DNA of 64,000 nucleotides from Eutreptiella sp. 'Long Island Sound 2002' (GCA_964036045.1 OZ038378.1:16678001-16742000); one strand, 5' to 3'; numbered from the stretch's first letter, positions 36,380-50,800 are shown. Made by a program: numbers and translations. Notes: a model not told the origin generated them from the sequence alone.

Positions 36380-39300
36380 TAGGATTGTAACCTGACTGCC
36401 GTGGGCATGCGGTATCCCTTTAATGTTTTCCACAAGACATCCAAAGAGGTAGAATTAGCTGCCTTGTTAAAAACGATAGATAGAGTGATAGAGTGATAGA
36501 GTCGGCCCTTGGAATTCAGCATGCGAGCGACCACATCGTAGATGTGTTCGCCGCAGGAGTGGATCATGAGGCCACCATGCTAGCGAGAGTGCAGCAAAGA
36601 ATATTCGTGCAAAGAGGAAGTGCGGTGTTGGCAGTGAATCAAGCAAATTGGTCGACAATTTTGATGGTAATTTTGGACTTTTTTAAAAGTTTGCCAAATT
36701 TTTCCTTTTACCAATCCGGGGCGGAGGGGGGGGGTTGGGGGGTGTTGGCACAATAGTAGATGTATCGCCCGGAGGCGCAAGTGTTTTATGTATGGGGGGA
36801 ACAATGAGCTGATGTAATAATTGTGTTTTCCTCACTAGTGGCCTTGGCAACCTGCATATAGGAGCTGGCTTTTGAAGCCAAGCCAATTGCGGCAGCGGTA
36901 GGGGTTGTTTTTGGACATGATTTTGGTATTTTGGTAAAATGTGGAGAGCAATTCCTACAAGGGCATCACACACTTGAGATTCGGCATCCTCCATTGAAGC
37001 AAATTGCCAAGCAGAAAAGACTCTAGTTTAGTGCCTAGGTGGGGTGGCTTGACTGATTAGTCCCATAAGTGCACATGAGTCTTTTACTCGGGGTGTAATC
37101 CTTGTTTGGTGGCTAGTTTAGTTTTGTACTTCCGAAACCACTGAGTGATGGAGGTGCTTTGGCTTTTGCTAAAGGTCGTACCTTTTTCGCTTTGCTGTTG
37201 AAGGTGACACAGTGCTTTCTTGCATTGGACACCGTCCCCCAACAGGGGAGCCGGCGCCCTTCCGCGAATGCTTCCGCAGTCCCTTCCCACGCCGGTCCGA
37301 ACATTAGGCACTTTCGGTAGAGTAGTTTTATGGGAAATGGTGGCTACTTGTGACGAATAGCGTGTTACTAATTGACAAGATTGGTAGGTGATACATGTTC
37401 CAAATATAATGATTGCGTCCACTGCATCCACTGGGATGTATCTTTGCATGGAACTGTCCCTACTCAGTCTGCGACAAGTGCTAGAAAAGTGTGTAGACTG
37501 GTGGGGCACCTGAATAGTTGGGGGACCCTAGGCACGCGCATTGTGCATGTGGGGCATTGTGCATGTGGGGCACCAGTGATCCCAAGTTTTGTCTGCGGCT
37601 ATTCTGCCTGCAGTTACTATTTAGAGTCCAAATGTACACACCAATCTCGACGAGACCAACATCAAGTCCATTATGGTTTCACAGGGCAAGAGTGCAAAGC
37701 GGAAGTGGGTGAACGATATGCCCGCTTTGTGTTTTATTCCAAAAATATCAATTGGCTTTTTTCCCCTCGACGAGACTATTGAGCTAGTCACGGGGGCCAG
37801 TCCTGGTCGGGACTCGACTCCAAAGGGGGGGGGGGGGGGGGCTCTTAGGACCCCAAAATTGTCCTATGGAACAATGTGCTTTGTCAGCGCCAGAGGCACC
37901 GGAGAGTTTGTTTTGGGCATACGGCAGGGGGAGATTTTTTTGTTCGACCCTATGTGTCTGTACCCAAAATACTGAGAATTTAAGAAGGATTTTGACCCTG
38001 ACCCGGCCTCCGGGTCGGACCTTGGCCTATGGGAGCCTGTTTGAGCGTTTTTTTTTGTTAAGGTCCCCCGCTTTGAAGCGGCGGGGACCCCCGAGGTGGC
38101 AGGGGTTATGTAGCCACCTTGCCCACTTGTGTGCCACCTCTAATTTTGTCCCCCTGCTCTGAAGCGGTGGGGATCCCCGAGGCAGCAGGGGTTATGTAGC
38201 CACCTTACCCACGTGCTCACCCCAAGAGTACCCGCAAGAGGGCACGCAACGAGTGGAAGGATGATTCCGATGCTTGAGGCTCCTCCCCTCCCTTCGCTTC
38301 TGTATATATATGTCTGTGGTTTGTGACAAGGGGAAGGGACACAATTTCACGGCCAGTGGATACCGGGATAACCCGTTTTGCATGCACCGTTACTAAGAGC
38401 ACTTCACCGACCATGCGTTGGTAACCGGGTTCCACATGGGGGTGGAGAGAGCTGACCCAAGGCAGCCTAAGATTTCATAGCCTTTTGGCGAACTCAAGGC
38501 AACATTCATTACTGCTCTGAAAGTGCTGCAGTGGAGCAAAACAATCATGCGCTATGACCGGACACCGTGCGTCTTGTTACCTTTGTCTGTTTGCGCGCTT
38601 GGACGGGGCCTCACGGAAAAGGTGCTAGGTTTGGGTCAACGAAGGGGGGGTCCCCCCTCTCTACAGCCTCCCAAACTGTCGAACACCCCTCGGGGTCACA
38701 CATTGGCGCGGCCCCCGTGGTGCCAATTCCATTTTGACCATTGACCTATTTGTGTGCAATCCAGGTAACCGCCCGTTGCAAGCACCTCCCATCACACAGT
38801 GGCATATTCGGTGCAGCTTTTGTTGAGCTCTTCTCGGTGCCCAACTGTACGGGGGGGGGGGGGTGTTCAGAGACGCATATGATTAGGGTACGTGACTGTC
38901 TTGCGAGGGACATGAGTGCAGTGCAAAGTGCTGTAGGGCAAGGCGATTTAAGATCAAATGTGTACGGGGTGAGGCGTTTTGAGACCATGACACATGCCAC
39001 TTTCTTCGTGGTACAACAAGATAGACGTTGAAATTTTCCGTTGTATCTGTGTGGGGCGCCAACCGAAAGGCAACTGGGGTTCGTGAGTAATTTCTTGGAG
39101 GAGTTCGATGTCCCATGCAGTGTGGACGTCTACGGGAAGGAAGGCCTCCGGCGCCGGCTCGTTGAGCATATGAGCTTTGAAAAGAATTTCCGCACGTTGG
39201 GGCCTAGGGTTGGCAAGCATGTGTCGTTTTTTTGAAAATTTGTGGCGACAAAGGCTCAATCTTGCACACAGAGTGCTCTCGCTAGAGCCAATAGAGGTAG

Positions 39301-39400
39301 GTGTGTTTGTGCGGCGGGGGGGGGGGTAGTCGGTGTCGTCTTGGAGTTTGGGGAAAAGGATTTCAATCTCAGTTAGCCCAATTGACTGCAGGACTTCACT
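36380..39400 (-). pseudogene. Degraded LINE (AP endonuclease plus RT) broken by later insertions
   Basis: WDIELLQE (APE N-terminus, about 39100), IMDLMLVS...DH (APE C-terminus, about 37600), IVFNKAANSTSLDVLWKTLKGYRMP (RT D..KAfDs.....lw..L..yg.p, about 36450). Confidence 0.6.
38085..38225. repeat. Short block of the GACCCCC...GGGGTTATGTAGCCA satellite family
   Basis: Two units similar to 22850-26260. Confidence 0.7.
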
Positions 39401-41699
39401 CAAGTCATAACCTAGTACAAGCGGGTGAGCTTAGTCGCTTGGCGGACAAACTAGCGAGGTTCTTCTTGTGTGGTGTGCTTGGGTTTCAGTAAGGAGAGGC
39501 CCACGGGCACACTTGCAACTGATCAGGACACAAATGGTAGACTATCACACGGACTTTGTTCACATTGGTAAAGGACGGTTGTGGACCCTACAAGAAAAAC
39601 TACGGGTTGCCGTCATGACCGTGTGGTAGAGGAAATCAACACGATTCAACTTGTTGCAGGAGATTGAAGTATCATACAAGTAAATAGCATCATGGGGCCC
39701 ACTCACTGGTCTCTGTCTCATTTGTCAGAAGCACACAGTGGGTGACGGGATTATGCCTTGGGTAGTGAGACAAAGGGCCACGGTGGGCATTTTTCGGGCT
39801 GCATCGGTGTGTTGTTCCCTTTAAGCATTCGGGATTAGCGCTGGCTATTAATTAGCTTCACGACGGCTTAAGGACATACACCGCGTACCTAGATTGCATG
39901 TGTGCATACGAGTACGCGTGGGCCTCATGTAGATTGAGTACCCGCCGCCGTGAAAATGAAAAAGGGGAGGGAGCTCTATCTGTGTGGCAGCTGCCATCCG
40001 TGCCTTCCTACAATCTTGTTTTCAAAAGATTGGCGCATGCAGTGACCCGGGGCTCCACACTCGAAGAGCGCCTTCTATGCTCGGATAGGCAAAGGGAGCC
40101 CGGATTCTCGATGACATTGGCCTTGCATGTGATCAGCATAAGGTTGCATGAAGGCATACCTGGGATTCACGGGCGTGTGGTATTCATTCTCGTCAAAGGG
40201 GCGGTGTGCACGCGTTGGACACAAGACTAAGAGGTAGCGCAACTCATATTCATGTTCGATCTCCATTGCTTGTGGTGTTGTACACATTTTTTCTCAAGGC
40301 TGGTGAGAGCCATCATCCCGGAGGCACCGATGCTCCATCAACCATGTTGTGGTCAGTCTTTGCAATGCCGTGTTTGCAGCAAGCTTTTAGCTTCGCAACG
40401 ATGCTAAAGTATGCGTAGCGATATAGAGTGTACACAAAACAGCTTACCCTGCGACGGGCAAAATATTCCTTATAGTGTCACTCAAGAGGGTTACCGCGGC
40501 GCATACGGACCACATGTCTAGGTGGTTAATGTGTGGTGATACTCCACCACCTGGAGAATAGTGGTACCCCCCGCATCACCCCCCTCTGCAGTTAGAAGAA
40601 GCACAGCTCCCGCTTGTGATCATGATGATGTTCTTTGGAGCAGACGAAAAGAAACGAGAGAACACGTTTCGAGTGAAGGGCTTTTTGCGGAGTCTTGCTG
40701 TGCTTGGGCCCGTTCCACCATCCGCAGCTCAACAACCACGAAGTAGAAATTGCGGACAGACAAACACCGAAGCCAATGCTAATAAAGAGCGGGGCGGCAA
40801 GACACAAAGAAAGTTACTGCAGAAGGGGTGGTGTGGGGTGGTGGGGCACAAAGGCCAAAGGAGTATGCTGGTTGATACTTCCGGGCATACATAGTGTTTA
40901 TCTGTTAATGACGGAATCCACCACCTATTGGTATTGTCTATCGGGGGGGTAAAGGCGCCGAGGGTACACTAGTGGCCCAAACATCTGGAGGAAAGAGTTT
41001 TGATAAGTGAGAGTGGTAAGGCCGTCCCCCTTCTGACAACCGTTGCCTCTGCCCGTTGGCGCCCCTCCCACACTAGCGCTGGCATTGCTTCACGATGGCA
41101 TGCTTCACAGGTTTTAACGGGGGGTCATAAAGGCTAACTAAGTGCGCCTACGTGCCGGTATAAGGCCACCGGGGGGGGGGGGGGGGCTGTTTGCTGACAA
41201 TGGGTTGACGTCCCAGCGGCAAGATGCAATTTACAGAATTGCTCGGATTCCACCGGCCTGTTTGGCTGTCTACCAGCCACACCGGAAGTATGAATGAACC
41301 CCGATGACTATTTGTGCTAGCCCGAATGTTTGTGGCCTGCGCCCTAATGTTCTCGAGCAAGTTTGGGTTTGGGCGAAGCAAGATAATGAGAGGTTGAAGT
41401 CCGGGTACTCTCGCACAGTCTCAGATTCTCAGCGTACCAGTTCACTCGCTGGACAAGTGTCTCTAGCGCTGCTGGTGTTCTTGCTGCTAGTACTTTTTTG
41501 GTTGCCAATCAAGAATTCGTTCGAACCTCTTGGTCTCGTCGCGGGGCTAGTGGTACACGGAAACTTAAGCCCACTCATGCTCAATGACAATTCTCGCCAC
41601 TAGTTATGAAGCTTCCACGTGCCGGGTTGGAGGAAATCAAGAATATGAGTTAACAGGGTAATGATGGTGCCGCCATTATCAAAGGAGTAACCCAAATAT

Positions 41700-42900
41700 A
41701 GGTTCTTTTTGGTAGTTGTCTGCCATCCGGTTTGTGCCTCAAGTGCGGAGATGAGTTTATTTTATTTATTGTTGTCTACATGGCTCAATTTGTTCATCCA
41801 ACCTTCCACTTGATTGGAACCCAGTTGAGGGTGATAGCGACAGAAATTATGAAGTTTGACGTCATGGCTGATGGGGGCTTTTGCAAATGGTTCATCCATC
41901 CAAATCTAATCCCCGACCCTAGCTCCAAAGCTGACCCTCTTTCCAGCAACATTTGCTATTTGCTGGTGCGGATCATTGTCTTGCATCTGTCATCGTGGAG
42001 GAATTCACGCACTTCACATCCTCCGATATCAAAGTTGTAAGCCAATACCACGCCATCAGCGTTGTTGTACTTACCATGGTGTATGTACATCGCACAATCA
42101 AGAGCAGGGGTTTGAGATTTTGGTGAAATTTTCAAACAGGCGGAACAACCAAGCTATAACCTATATATGCCATTCGCGTTCAGTCTCTGAACTCGGACTT
42201 CAAAAGAGAGCACCGTGGATGATTCTTTCCGTGCGCTAGCATATATTGGTGCACATGATGGTACATGTGCTGCGGGAGAGGAAAAATTGGAGGCTGTTCC
42301 AAAAGTGATTCGAGGGGTGCAAGGGCCATGGAAAAGAGGCAATCTTTCATCATTGAACAAATTCTAACCAAAGCCTTGGCTTGGGCCCGTCCCAAATTGC
42401 ACGGTACATTTGAGATATCCAATGAGACAAGAACCGAGTTTTTGTATGGGAGCGTGCAACGGCGCCTCAAAGTATCGGGGCGTTTCCCATGGGCGAACTT
42501 TTTTCAACATGTCGCAACAGTACGGTCTGTCTCTTTCCGCCGAATTTTTGAGATGTTCACGGGTCTCATAGACTTGGAATAGCTCGTCCTTTTTGAGGTC
42601 TGCACTGCCGAATTTTGATAGGAAATCGTGGGGCGTGCATTGATGACAGATGACCATTCGTTTGAGTTGGTCACTTTTACTATTTGAGAGGGACCATTTG
42701 AAGCGGCGGTATTTGTCCTGCGGCGACCCCCCCCCCCCCCCAAGGGGAAGTGTGCCATGGCAGACACCCAGCCAATGTCCTCTTGGCCTGGTGCAAACGT
42801 CGTATTCGAGAAAGTCTAGAAGGCTGTAACATTTGTCATGAGCTCTTTTGAACTTCTTGTGGGGGTTTGTTGGCCGCCATGCCAAGCATACCTCCATCTT
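41700..42900 (-). pseudogene. Degraded non-LTR RT remnant
   Basis: LVSLDISNVPCNLGR resembles RT 'lDisNAFNs..R' and the remnant at about 29700. Confidence 0.4.
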
Positions 42901-42929
42901 GTAATGTTCTCCGAGATGTCTCCATGGAC

Positions 42930-43930
42930 ATTCCCAAAAAGAGCGTGTTATGTAGCCATTTTGCCCACATGTGACCTTCCAAGCTTGTACGGGTCTTGTA
43001 GCCGTACTTGATTACGTCCTTGTGTTGGGGACCGCCGAGAAGGAAGGCGTTGTGTACCCAGTTTGCGCAAATGTGGGCATTTAAAGCGGCACGCACGTGG
43101 GCAATCAACACGGCATATGTGTTGTAGCCAGCTTGGATTCCAACCCGTGTAGGAAAGCCCCAAGACAACACGGGTTAGGTTACGAACCCCGTTTGCCCAC
43201 ATGTGGGCCTTGTAGACGGCAGGGGTTATTCCCGCCCATTTTGATGTTCACCCTACTTTGAGTCACCCCAGGTTGCACAGACAGCCTACGATGGGGATCA
43301 TCAATTTCCCATGGGTTATGAATTCGTTTCCCCCACATGTTGGTCCCTTAGGCTCCTTCAGATCGCAGGGGACTTTGTTAGTATTTTGGCCACACATGTG
43401 CATCCATGATGGCAAGGGTGATGTAGGCCCTTTGGGTTATCTCCTCGCTTCTCGGACCCCAAAGACGGCAAGGGTTGATGAGCCATTTCGCCGGGACGTG
43501 TCCCCACAAGACCTCAGTGGTTGTAGAGCCACTTTGGATTATGTTCCCCCTTTGCGAGCCCCGAGAAAATCCGGGTTTTCTTGGCATTTTTTTAACATGT
43601 GGCCCACCAGCATGTTATGAGATGTGGAATGGCTTTTGATTTCGCTCCTGCTTTGGGGACCCCCAAGACGACACAGAATTTGTACCCCATTTACCCACTT
43701 GTGGCCCCATGGATGGCGGGAAACATTTACCCATTTTGCATTTCGTCCCCGCTTTGGGACCCCCAAGACAGTTCAGCTTGTGCAGCCGTTTCGCTGATAT
43801 GTCGGAACCGGAGACGGCAAGGGTAGTCGCCGGTTTTGATTCCAACCTTGCTTTGGAGACCCCAACAAGGAATCACAGGGATATGACCTCCTGCCGTGTC
43901 ATGACCAAGTATATCTTTCCCCAAATGTAG
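42930..43930. repeat. Block of the about 100-bp dimeric satellite family
   Basis: CCAAGACGGCAAGGG / TATGTAGCCATTTTGCCCACATGT motifs recur. Confidence 0.75.
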
Positions 43931-46900
43931 GGCGGCGACGCTAGGCACCTTTGGAGGGGCGAATGTTGGCGTTTAGGAGAATCTGGGGGTGGCAGGTCTG
44001 CAAGTTCTCGATCTTGCTGTGGCTGGTTGAGGCATTGTGGGTGAGTCAAGGTACCCGCCGCTACTTTTGGACGGCATGGTGTGGTGGAAGGTGAAGAACC
44101 CACTAGGCTAGATTTCTTCGCCACACTGCATGTGCCCCCGCTTGCCCGTTTTTGGACTTGGAAATGATGTTCACATTATCGATGGTTTGAGTGTCACCCT
44201 CACTATGGGGAACTCGCACTTGGTAGACTTAATCCAAACGGAAGTCATCCTCGAAGGCATCCGGGCTCTTTGGGGACGGCTTGCTTCATATGCCGCCAGC
44301 ATCCGATTTCTTGCCATTGAAAAGGGCGTTGTAGGGTCACATATTTTTTTTGCTGCAAGACATGGAATGTTACAATTGCAAGTCGCATTTTTGTCGTGGA
44401 ATTCCTTTTTTCGTCATAAATTTAGAAACCGCTTGATAGCGGCACTAGGGATTTGGACTTATGCGTATAACACGGCCATGTCACAACGCGTAATTGTGGA
44501 CTATGCTGTTTTTCAAGAAAAGAAGATGTTTTGCACCTTTGGTACAATGTTTTCCAAGCTTGTGTAAGCTGATAGCGAGTAATCTTGCGCAGCTAGCGCT
44601 CAAAGGGTCCCAATCGACCGTGGTGTTGAGCAGTGGCAAGTTCGAGATCTCGCCCATGGCTCACCATGTGGCAAAGAAATTTATGTGTGATGGATAATGT
44701 GCTGCCGAATTCACTTTGCCAAGTTTAATCGCCGTTTTCAATATTTGCATGGTTGCTTTCCTTCATCATAATCGCATTTGACTTTAGTATGCTCTTGCAC
44801 CGGAGGGTCCTATGTTACAATTACCATGTAATGTGTGACACAATGTTTCACCTCATGTTGCGATCTTGCTTGGGAATGTGTGGTGTCCCCATTGATGTGT
44901 ACATAGTCGTGCATTCAAGGACGAGGAAGATGCAGAGATACGCTCCCTTGGAGGAACCAGCCGTGTTACGTTGGTCACAGCTTCAGTAATTTACACGCGG
45001 GCTGCCGGTCCTTGGCCCTTCGTGTGGAGGAGCGTCCATGTGGCCCTTGGTTGGACCAACAGCCGTTAGGGTGGGAAGGGAAGATGGAGGGGGAGCACGG
45101 GCGCTTATGGCTCTCATCACTCCCTCACTCCTCCCCTTGCATGATACCCTCTAGTTCCAAGCGGATTTCCCCGGAGCACATGCGTTGCGCCAAGATGTTG
45201 CTCTTGTCTCGGGCCACTTGGGCCACATCCAACCCGGCCGTGGGAGGGGCTTGTGGCTGCTGGTAGAGGATTTGTTGCGTTAGGCGGTCCAATTGAGGCC
45301 ACCCTCGGATGTTCTTGCCCAAAGTTGCATACTGAACGTGCACGCCGCTTTGCAGAAGGTCAGGTGCAACGTCCACCTTCGTCGGCAAGTGCACAGTCAC
45401 TCGGTGCAGTCAGTGTGCCACCTCGCGCCATTGTGCATGTGTTATCGTATTAATATGCACAAGCATGGCTCGGAGCGCTTGTTGCACGGGGGTCACGGTT
45501 GAAGGGTTGCCCCCGGTGTTCACGTGCAATCTGCTAGTCGTGCTGTAGCTAACCCGGACCTAGTCCCTCTCGCACATGGGGCCCCCACTCATGGTGATAC
45601 CTAGGTGACCGGCCAGTGCGGCCCGTTGGTTCTCCTCCTGCGGCCGAGTTGAGCCCGTCAGGTGGACCCCCTTCCAAAAAATATCTTCTAAGTCCTCAAA
45701 TGGCCAAATGAACTTAGCTTTGGCAAAATATGTAAGAGTGGACATTAATCTTTGCTTTTGCACTTCAATGTTTTGGACCATAAAGCTTCCGTAACACCTC
45801 GGCTAGATTTGACATAGAGTGTGCGAGCTGAAATTGGGTCACAATTGTCTCGAAGGCATCCCGCGGCCCGGTTTCATAGCACCACATTCCAACTACATCA
45901 TATATGAGGATTGCATGCAGAAGGGTGGTCAATCTCAACCTCAAACAGTCAAGTGAACAAGGATTGAGAGAAGCACATGGACAATTAGTACTAAACCAAG
46001 CAAAAACCAGGATTCCAATCGAAACGTAATATGAGGTATGCAAACAGGGGCGCGGCATGTAATGCAATGACACTTATGATAAGGACCGAAGGATGATAGA
46101 GGCAATGCTACACTTTTTCTTCATCATTGGTGGCATGCTCATAGCTGAGATGCACAAGGCTACACAAATTTACCACTGATTTTGTAAACAATGTCAGCTA
46201 CTTTCCACTTGGCTCACACCGCCTTGCACCCCCTTCTTCCCTTATCACCCCTGGTATAGGTGATGCCCCAATCTCAAAGTGCGCATGTGTGTGTGTGGGG
46301 GGGGGGGGGGGGGGGGGCTACTCCCTCATGGTGGCGTTGGGCTGCGGCCCGTGCTTGCCTCAACACCAATGGTTCCCCCCCCCCCCCCCCCCTGCAGCGT
46401 TGTTTTTTCTTTGGATGCCGTGTCTCCCGTCTTGCATGCTGCGCCCCTCATGGCTTTTGGGGGCAAGACTCCTCCGAATTGTATGCCATGTTCGGACTTG
46501 GGCTTGATGCACGTTTCCCCGCAATACTCTCCCTATGCATGTCCACCTACTGTGGTTGGTTCTTTGAGTGTAGGGGGGGCTCCCGACTTCAACCCCCTTA
46601 CTTCTTCATCCCCGTCCCCTCCTTCACGCTTTGGGTGCGGGCCAGTGTAGGCAACACCCCCCCGCATTTGGTGCTCCGTGTCCTCCACTGCGCAGGGGGC
46701 TGGGAGTGTGGTAAGCCCCTCTTGCTCCCTTCTCCTTTCCCTTGCGTGGACGCTTGCTTGTGCCGTCCTTCCCACATCCTTCCCTTTCCTTAGCTCGCTT
46801 GACACTCTCCGCAAATCCTATGCCCCTTATGCTACATCCTTTTCGCCATCACCCACGCCCTCTCCCTCCGCACCTCTTCCCTGCCACTATGTAGGGCCTT

Positions 46901-47987
46901 GCGTTCTTCTAGATCCCTTGTGCACTGTGTCGGGGGTGCTGCCTTTGCGCTCCACTACTCCCCCTTTCATCTAGTCCCTCTCCCTGCCCCTCTCGGTGTA
47001 CATTGGGGCCCCCATTCGACGCGTTCTCCTTGCCTCTTTCTTCAACCCCCTAGCCTCTTGGCTGCATTGCTCGGTGTGACCCTTGGCCCCTCTAAGCCCC
47101 AATTCTATGTGACACTATTCTTGGCCCTCCTCAGTGTTCTATTGCACGCCCCCATCCTCCTTGCCCCCTGCCTTTGGCACCTCTCATGTTTTTCCTAGTT
47201 GTTGTGCGCTTGTAGCTCAAAGATGGCCTACAGTTGTGGCCATGGTGCGATAGGAGGCCGCGGTGCTGATTCATCCTATCCACAGCTCACTAGCTGCTGC
47301 CCGATTCCTCCCCTCTTCCTCCTCATGGGCACCCCTTGCCTGCGGCGATGTGGGCGGGCTTGTATGGAACGAGACCTAACCCCCCCTTATATTTCCCCTT
47401 TCGCCTTTTGGTCCATGTCCACCTCCCTTATGTCCCCCCGCTTTTCCCAAGAGACCCATCTCCCCGCGCCGCAATTGCGCGGGGCTAGAAGCATTACGTA
47501 CCACCTCCGGTGCCATAGCAATCGGGTCACGTTGCAAATGTGGAGGCGGCGATCGTTGTTATTGCCCTAGTGACCTAGATTAAACCCAATATATTTAATA
47601 TCTGGCCAAAAACTAACACGTTAATCTCAAGTTTCAATTTTTTGGGGGGGGTTAGGGGGTTTGCCGTGAAAATTATGACCCCCATGGGTTGCCTTACGGG
47701 CTTGGGTGTCATTTCCCCCCGAGGGTTGGTGGGGGGGTCCTACCCATGTGGTTGTTTCAAAATGTTAAAATGGCTCTCGGCTTTAATTTTTGTTTTCAAT
47801 TTTTGGATTAATATTTGAAAAGTTGAAAATTAAAGAGTCGCCAGCATTAATATCCATTTCACAAATATTAACCCTATTCTCCAAATATTAACCCTCCATA
47901 AAAATGCACAACAACAAGCCAAACATGCTAGGGGGCATGCATAATTGTTGTGCCTTACCAAAATGGATATCCCCCCTTCCCCTTTTT

Positions 47988-47989
<2 letters not shown>

Positions 47990-48078
<89 letters not shown>

Positions 48079-48410
48079 GATATTGGCACCCCCACACACC
48101 CGAACTCTGCCACACGCATCCCTTCTTGCTCCTTCCTCTCTCCTCCCGTTGCCCTTGCGCTTAAGGTTTGGGAGGGCCCTTTCTTTCCACAGGTTATTTT
48201 TTTGAAGAAAAGATTGAAAATTGTTGAAGATCGTTGAAAATTGAGCAAGGAGAAAAAGGTTGTAGGTATGTGTGTGTGTGTGTGTGTGCACGCATGTGTG
48301 TCCATTGTGGCTAGTTTCTAGGTTGTAGAATGCCCCAAAGGAGATAAAGGGGCTAGTTCAGGTTTCATTGGCAATGCCACCCCCCCCCCCCCCTTGGTAT
48401 TCTGGTGTGC
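47990..48410. repeat. Left arm of an about 400-bp inverted repeat (partner 50075-50460)
   Basis: GTGTCCATTGTGGCTAGTTTCTAGGTTGTAGAATGCCCC at about 48300 is the exact reverse complement of sequence at about 50150-50185. Similarity extends across both arms. Confidence 0.9.
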
Positions 48411-49600
48411 GATGTTTGGGGCTATGGGGTCTAGGGTTATGGTTCCTAGGGCTGTGGTGTGTGGGTGTGTGGGTTCGTGGGGCTGTGGTGTGTCGACCTA
48501 TGGTACGTCTTGGTGTGGTTTCTAGGGCTGTGGTGTGTGGGCGTGTCATGTTTGGGGCTGTGTTGTGTGGGGGAGTGGTTCTACGATTCTGGTGTGCGGG
48601 GCTGAGGTTTCTGGGGTTGTGGTCTGTGGGGCTGTAGTGTGGGGTTGTGGTGGGTACGGCTGTGGTATATGGGTGTGTGGTAGACATGTGTGGAGCTTGG
48701 TGTCAGGTGCTGTGGTGTGTGGGGCTGTTGCATGGGGTGGGGGGGGCGCTGTGGGGGTGCATTGCAGCCCTGTGGTGGGTTGTGGTGCATTGTGGGTGAA
48801 CAAAATCAGTGCACGAGGGACTGGGGGGGCATAATTAATTTTTGGGACGACTTTTTAATTTCTGGTAAGTTAATATTATCGGTTAATTTCTAATATTTGG
48901 AACGCCGGTCCAAAAATTAAATATTAATCTCAGGAAATTAACACCAGCGGTCTAAAACTTAAATGGAAACAATGGGGGCAATGTGGGGCTTTGGTGTGTG
49001 CGCTTGTGGTGTGTGGGCCTTTGGGGTGTCTGGCTAGGGTGTGTGGGGTTGTGGGGTGTGGCGATGTAGTGTACAGGGTTCGGGTGTGTGGGGCCGTGGC
49101 CTGTGGGGCTGTGGTGTGTGGGGCTGTGGCGTGTGGGCTGTGGGGTGTGGCCCTGTGGGGTGTAGGGCTGTGGTGTGTTGGGCTGCAGGGTGTGGGGCTG
49201 TGGCATGTTAGGGGCTGTGGTGCTTGGGCCTGTGGGGTGTTGAGCTGCGTGGTGTGGGGCTGTGGGATGTAAGGCGGTGCGTTTGGGGCTGTGGTGTGCA
49301 AGGCTGTGGCTCATGGTGCTGTGTGTGCGGTTTTGCTGTGTGGGGCAGTGGGGCATCGGGTTGTGGGGTGGGGTGCTGTCGTGTGTTGGTTTGTAGGGTG
49401 TGGGGCTGTGGCGTGCCGTGCTGTGACAATTTGGATTGTGGTGCTTGGGGCTGTGGGGTGTGGGGCTGTGGGTTGTTGGGCTGTGGGGTCATGGTATGTC
49501 GGGCACGGTGCCCTTTGGGGCGGCGGTGCTTGGGGCTGTGGGGGGTGCCGCTGTGGGGGTTTGGGGTTTGTGGTGTGGGGCTATGGGATGTTGGGGGTGT
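48410..49600. repeat. G/T-rich GGGGCTGTGG(TGT) degenerate satellite in two blocks split by an AT-rich block
   Basis: Directly visible. A C-rich inverted copy lies at 49960-50090. Confidence 0.9.
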
Positions 49601-50074
49601 GCAGTCCGAAAAAAAAACACAAAAAACCAAAAGTTAATTTTTGACCCCCGGAACTAATTTCTGGAAGTTAATATTATCCAGCCAAAAATTAATTAATATG
49701 TTGATTATTAATCGACGCGAGGGTTAACATTAATCTCAAAAAATTAACGAAAGCGACGCAAAAATTACCGTGAAAAAAAGTGCATAACGCACAACCACAC
49801 ACACCGCGGGGCATGCGTACTTGTTGGGCCTCACCATTTCAGGTACCCGGGGGGGCGGGAGACTTCCGGAGGGGGGCTTTAGGGGTGTGGGGGGGTTGCA
49901 TACTACGGGGCTTAGACACAAATTTGATGGTGCTTTTCGGGGGGGGGGGGGGGGGGGCACAGCCCCACACCCCACAGCCCCAAACATCACACCTCACACA
50001 CCACAGCCCTAAAACCCACACCCCCACACCCCACAACCCCACACTCCACACCTCCACACACCACAGCCCACCCC

Positions 50075-50460
50075 AACACACCACAATACCAAGAGGAGGG
50101 AGGGTGGCATTGCTCATGAAACCTGAACTAGCCCCTTTATCTCCTTTGGGGCATTCTACAACCTAGAAACTAGCCACAATGGACACACATGCGTGCACAC
50201 ACACACACACACACACACATACCTGCAACCTTTTTCTCCTTGCTCAATTTTCAACGATCTTGAACAATTTTCAATCTTTTCTTCAAAAAAATAACTTGTG
50301 GAAAGAAAGGGCCCTCCCAAACCTTAAGCGCAAGGGCAACGGGAGGAGAGAGGAAGGAGCAAGGAGGGATGTGTGTGGGAGGGGTTGGGTGTGTGGGGGG
50401 GTGCCGACCTCATTGTGTGTGTGTGTGTGTATGTGTGTGTGTGTGTGTGTGTGCGTGCGT
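50075..50460. repeat. Right arm of the inverted repeat
   Basis: Reverse complement of 47990-48410 with scattered substitutions. Confidence 0.9.
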
Positions 50461-50800
50461 GTTTCTTCCCATTCCATAAAAGAAAAGGTGCATTGATGTT
50501 GTATACTTTGTATGTAGTGCCCACTATGGGCCATCTAGAGGCGCCAATGAAGCGGTGCACTAGGGGGTGGTAATCCCGAATGGCTAGCTCACCGGACACC
50601 CTAGGTGTTGCCCACTAGATCCCCTTGCGGGCATCAATAGACTGCAACACCTCCAAAAAAACCATGTGTTAATATTCACATTAATTTCTCCAGATTAATA
50701 TTAATTTAATTTCTCAGTCGGCGCTAATATTAACCGAAATCGAGATATTAATCTCGAGAAATTGATGCAAAAATTAACAAACAACGAATGGGCCACATAC

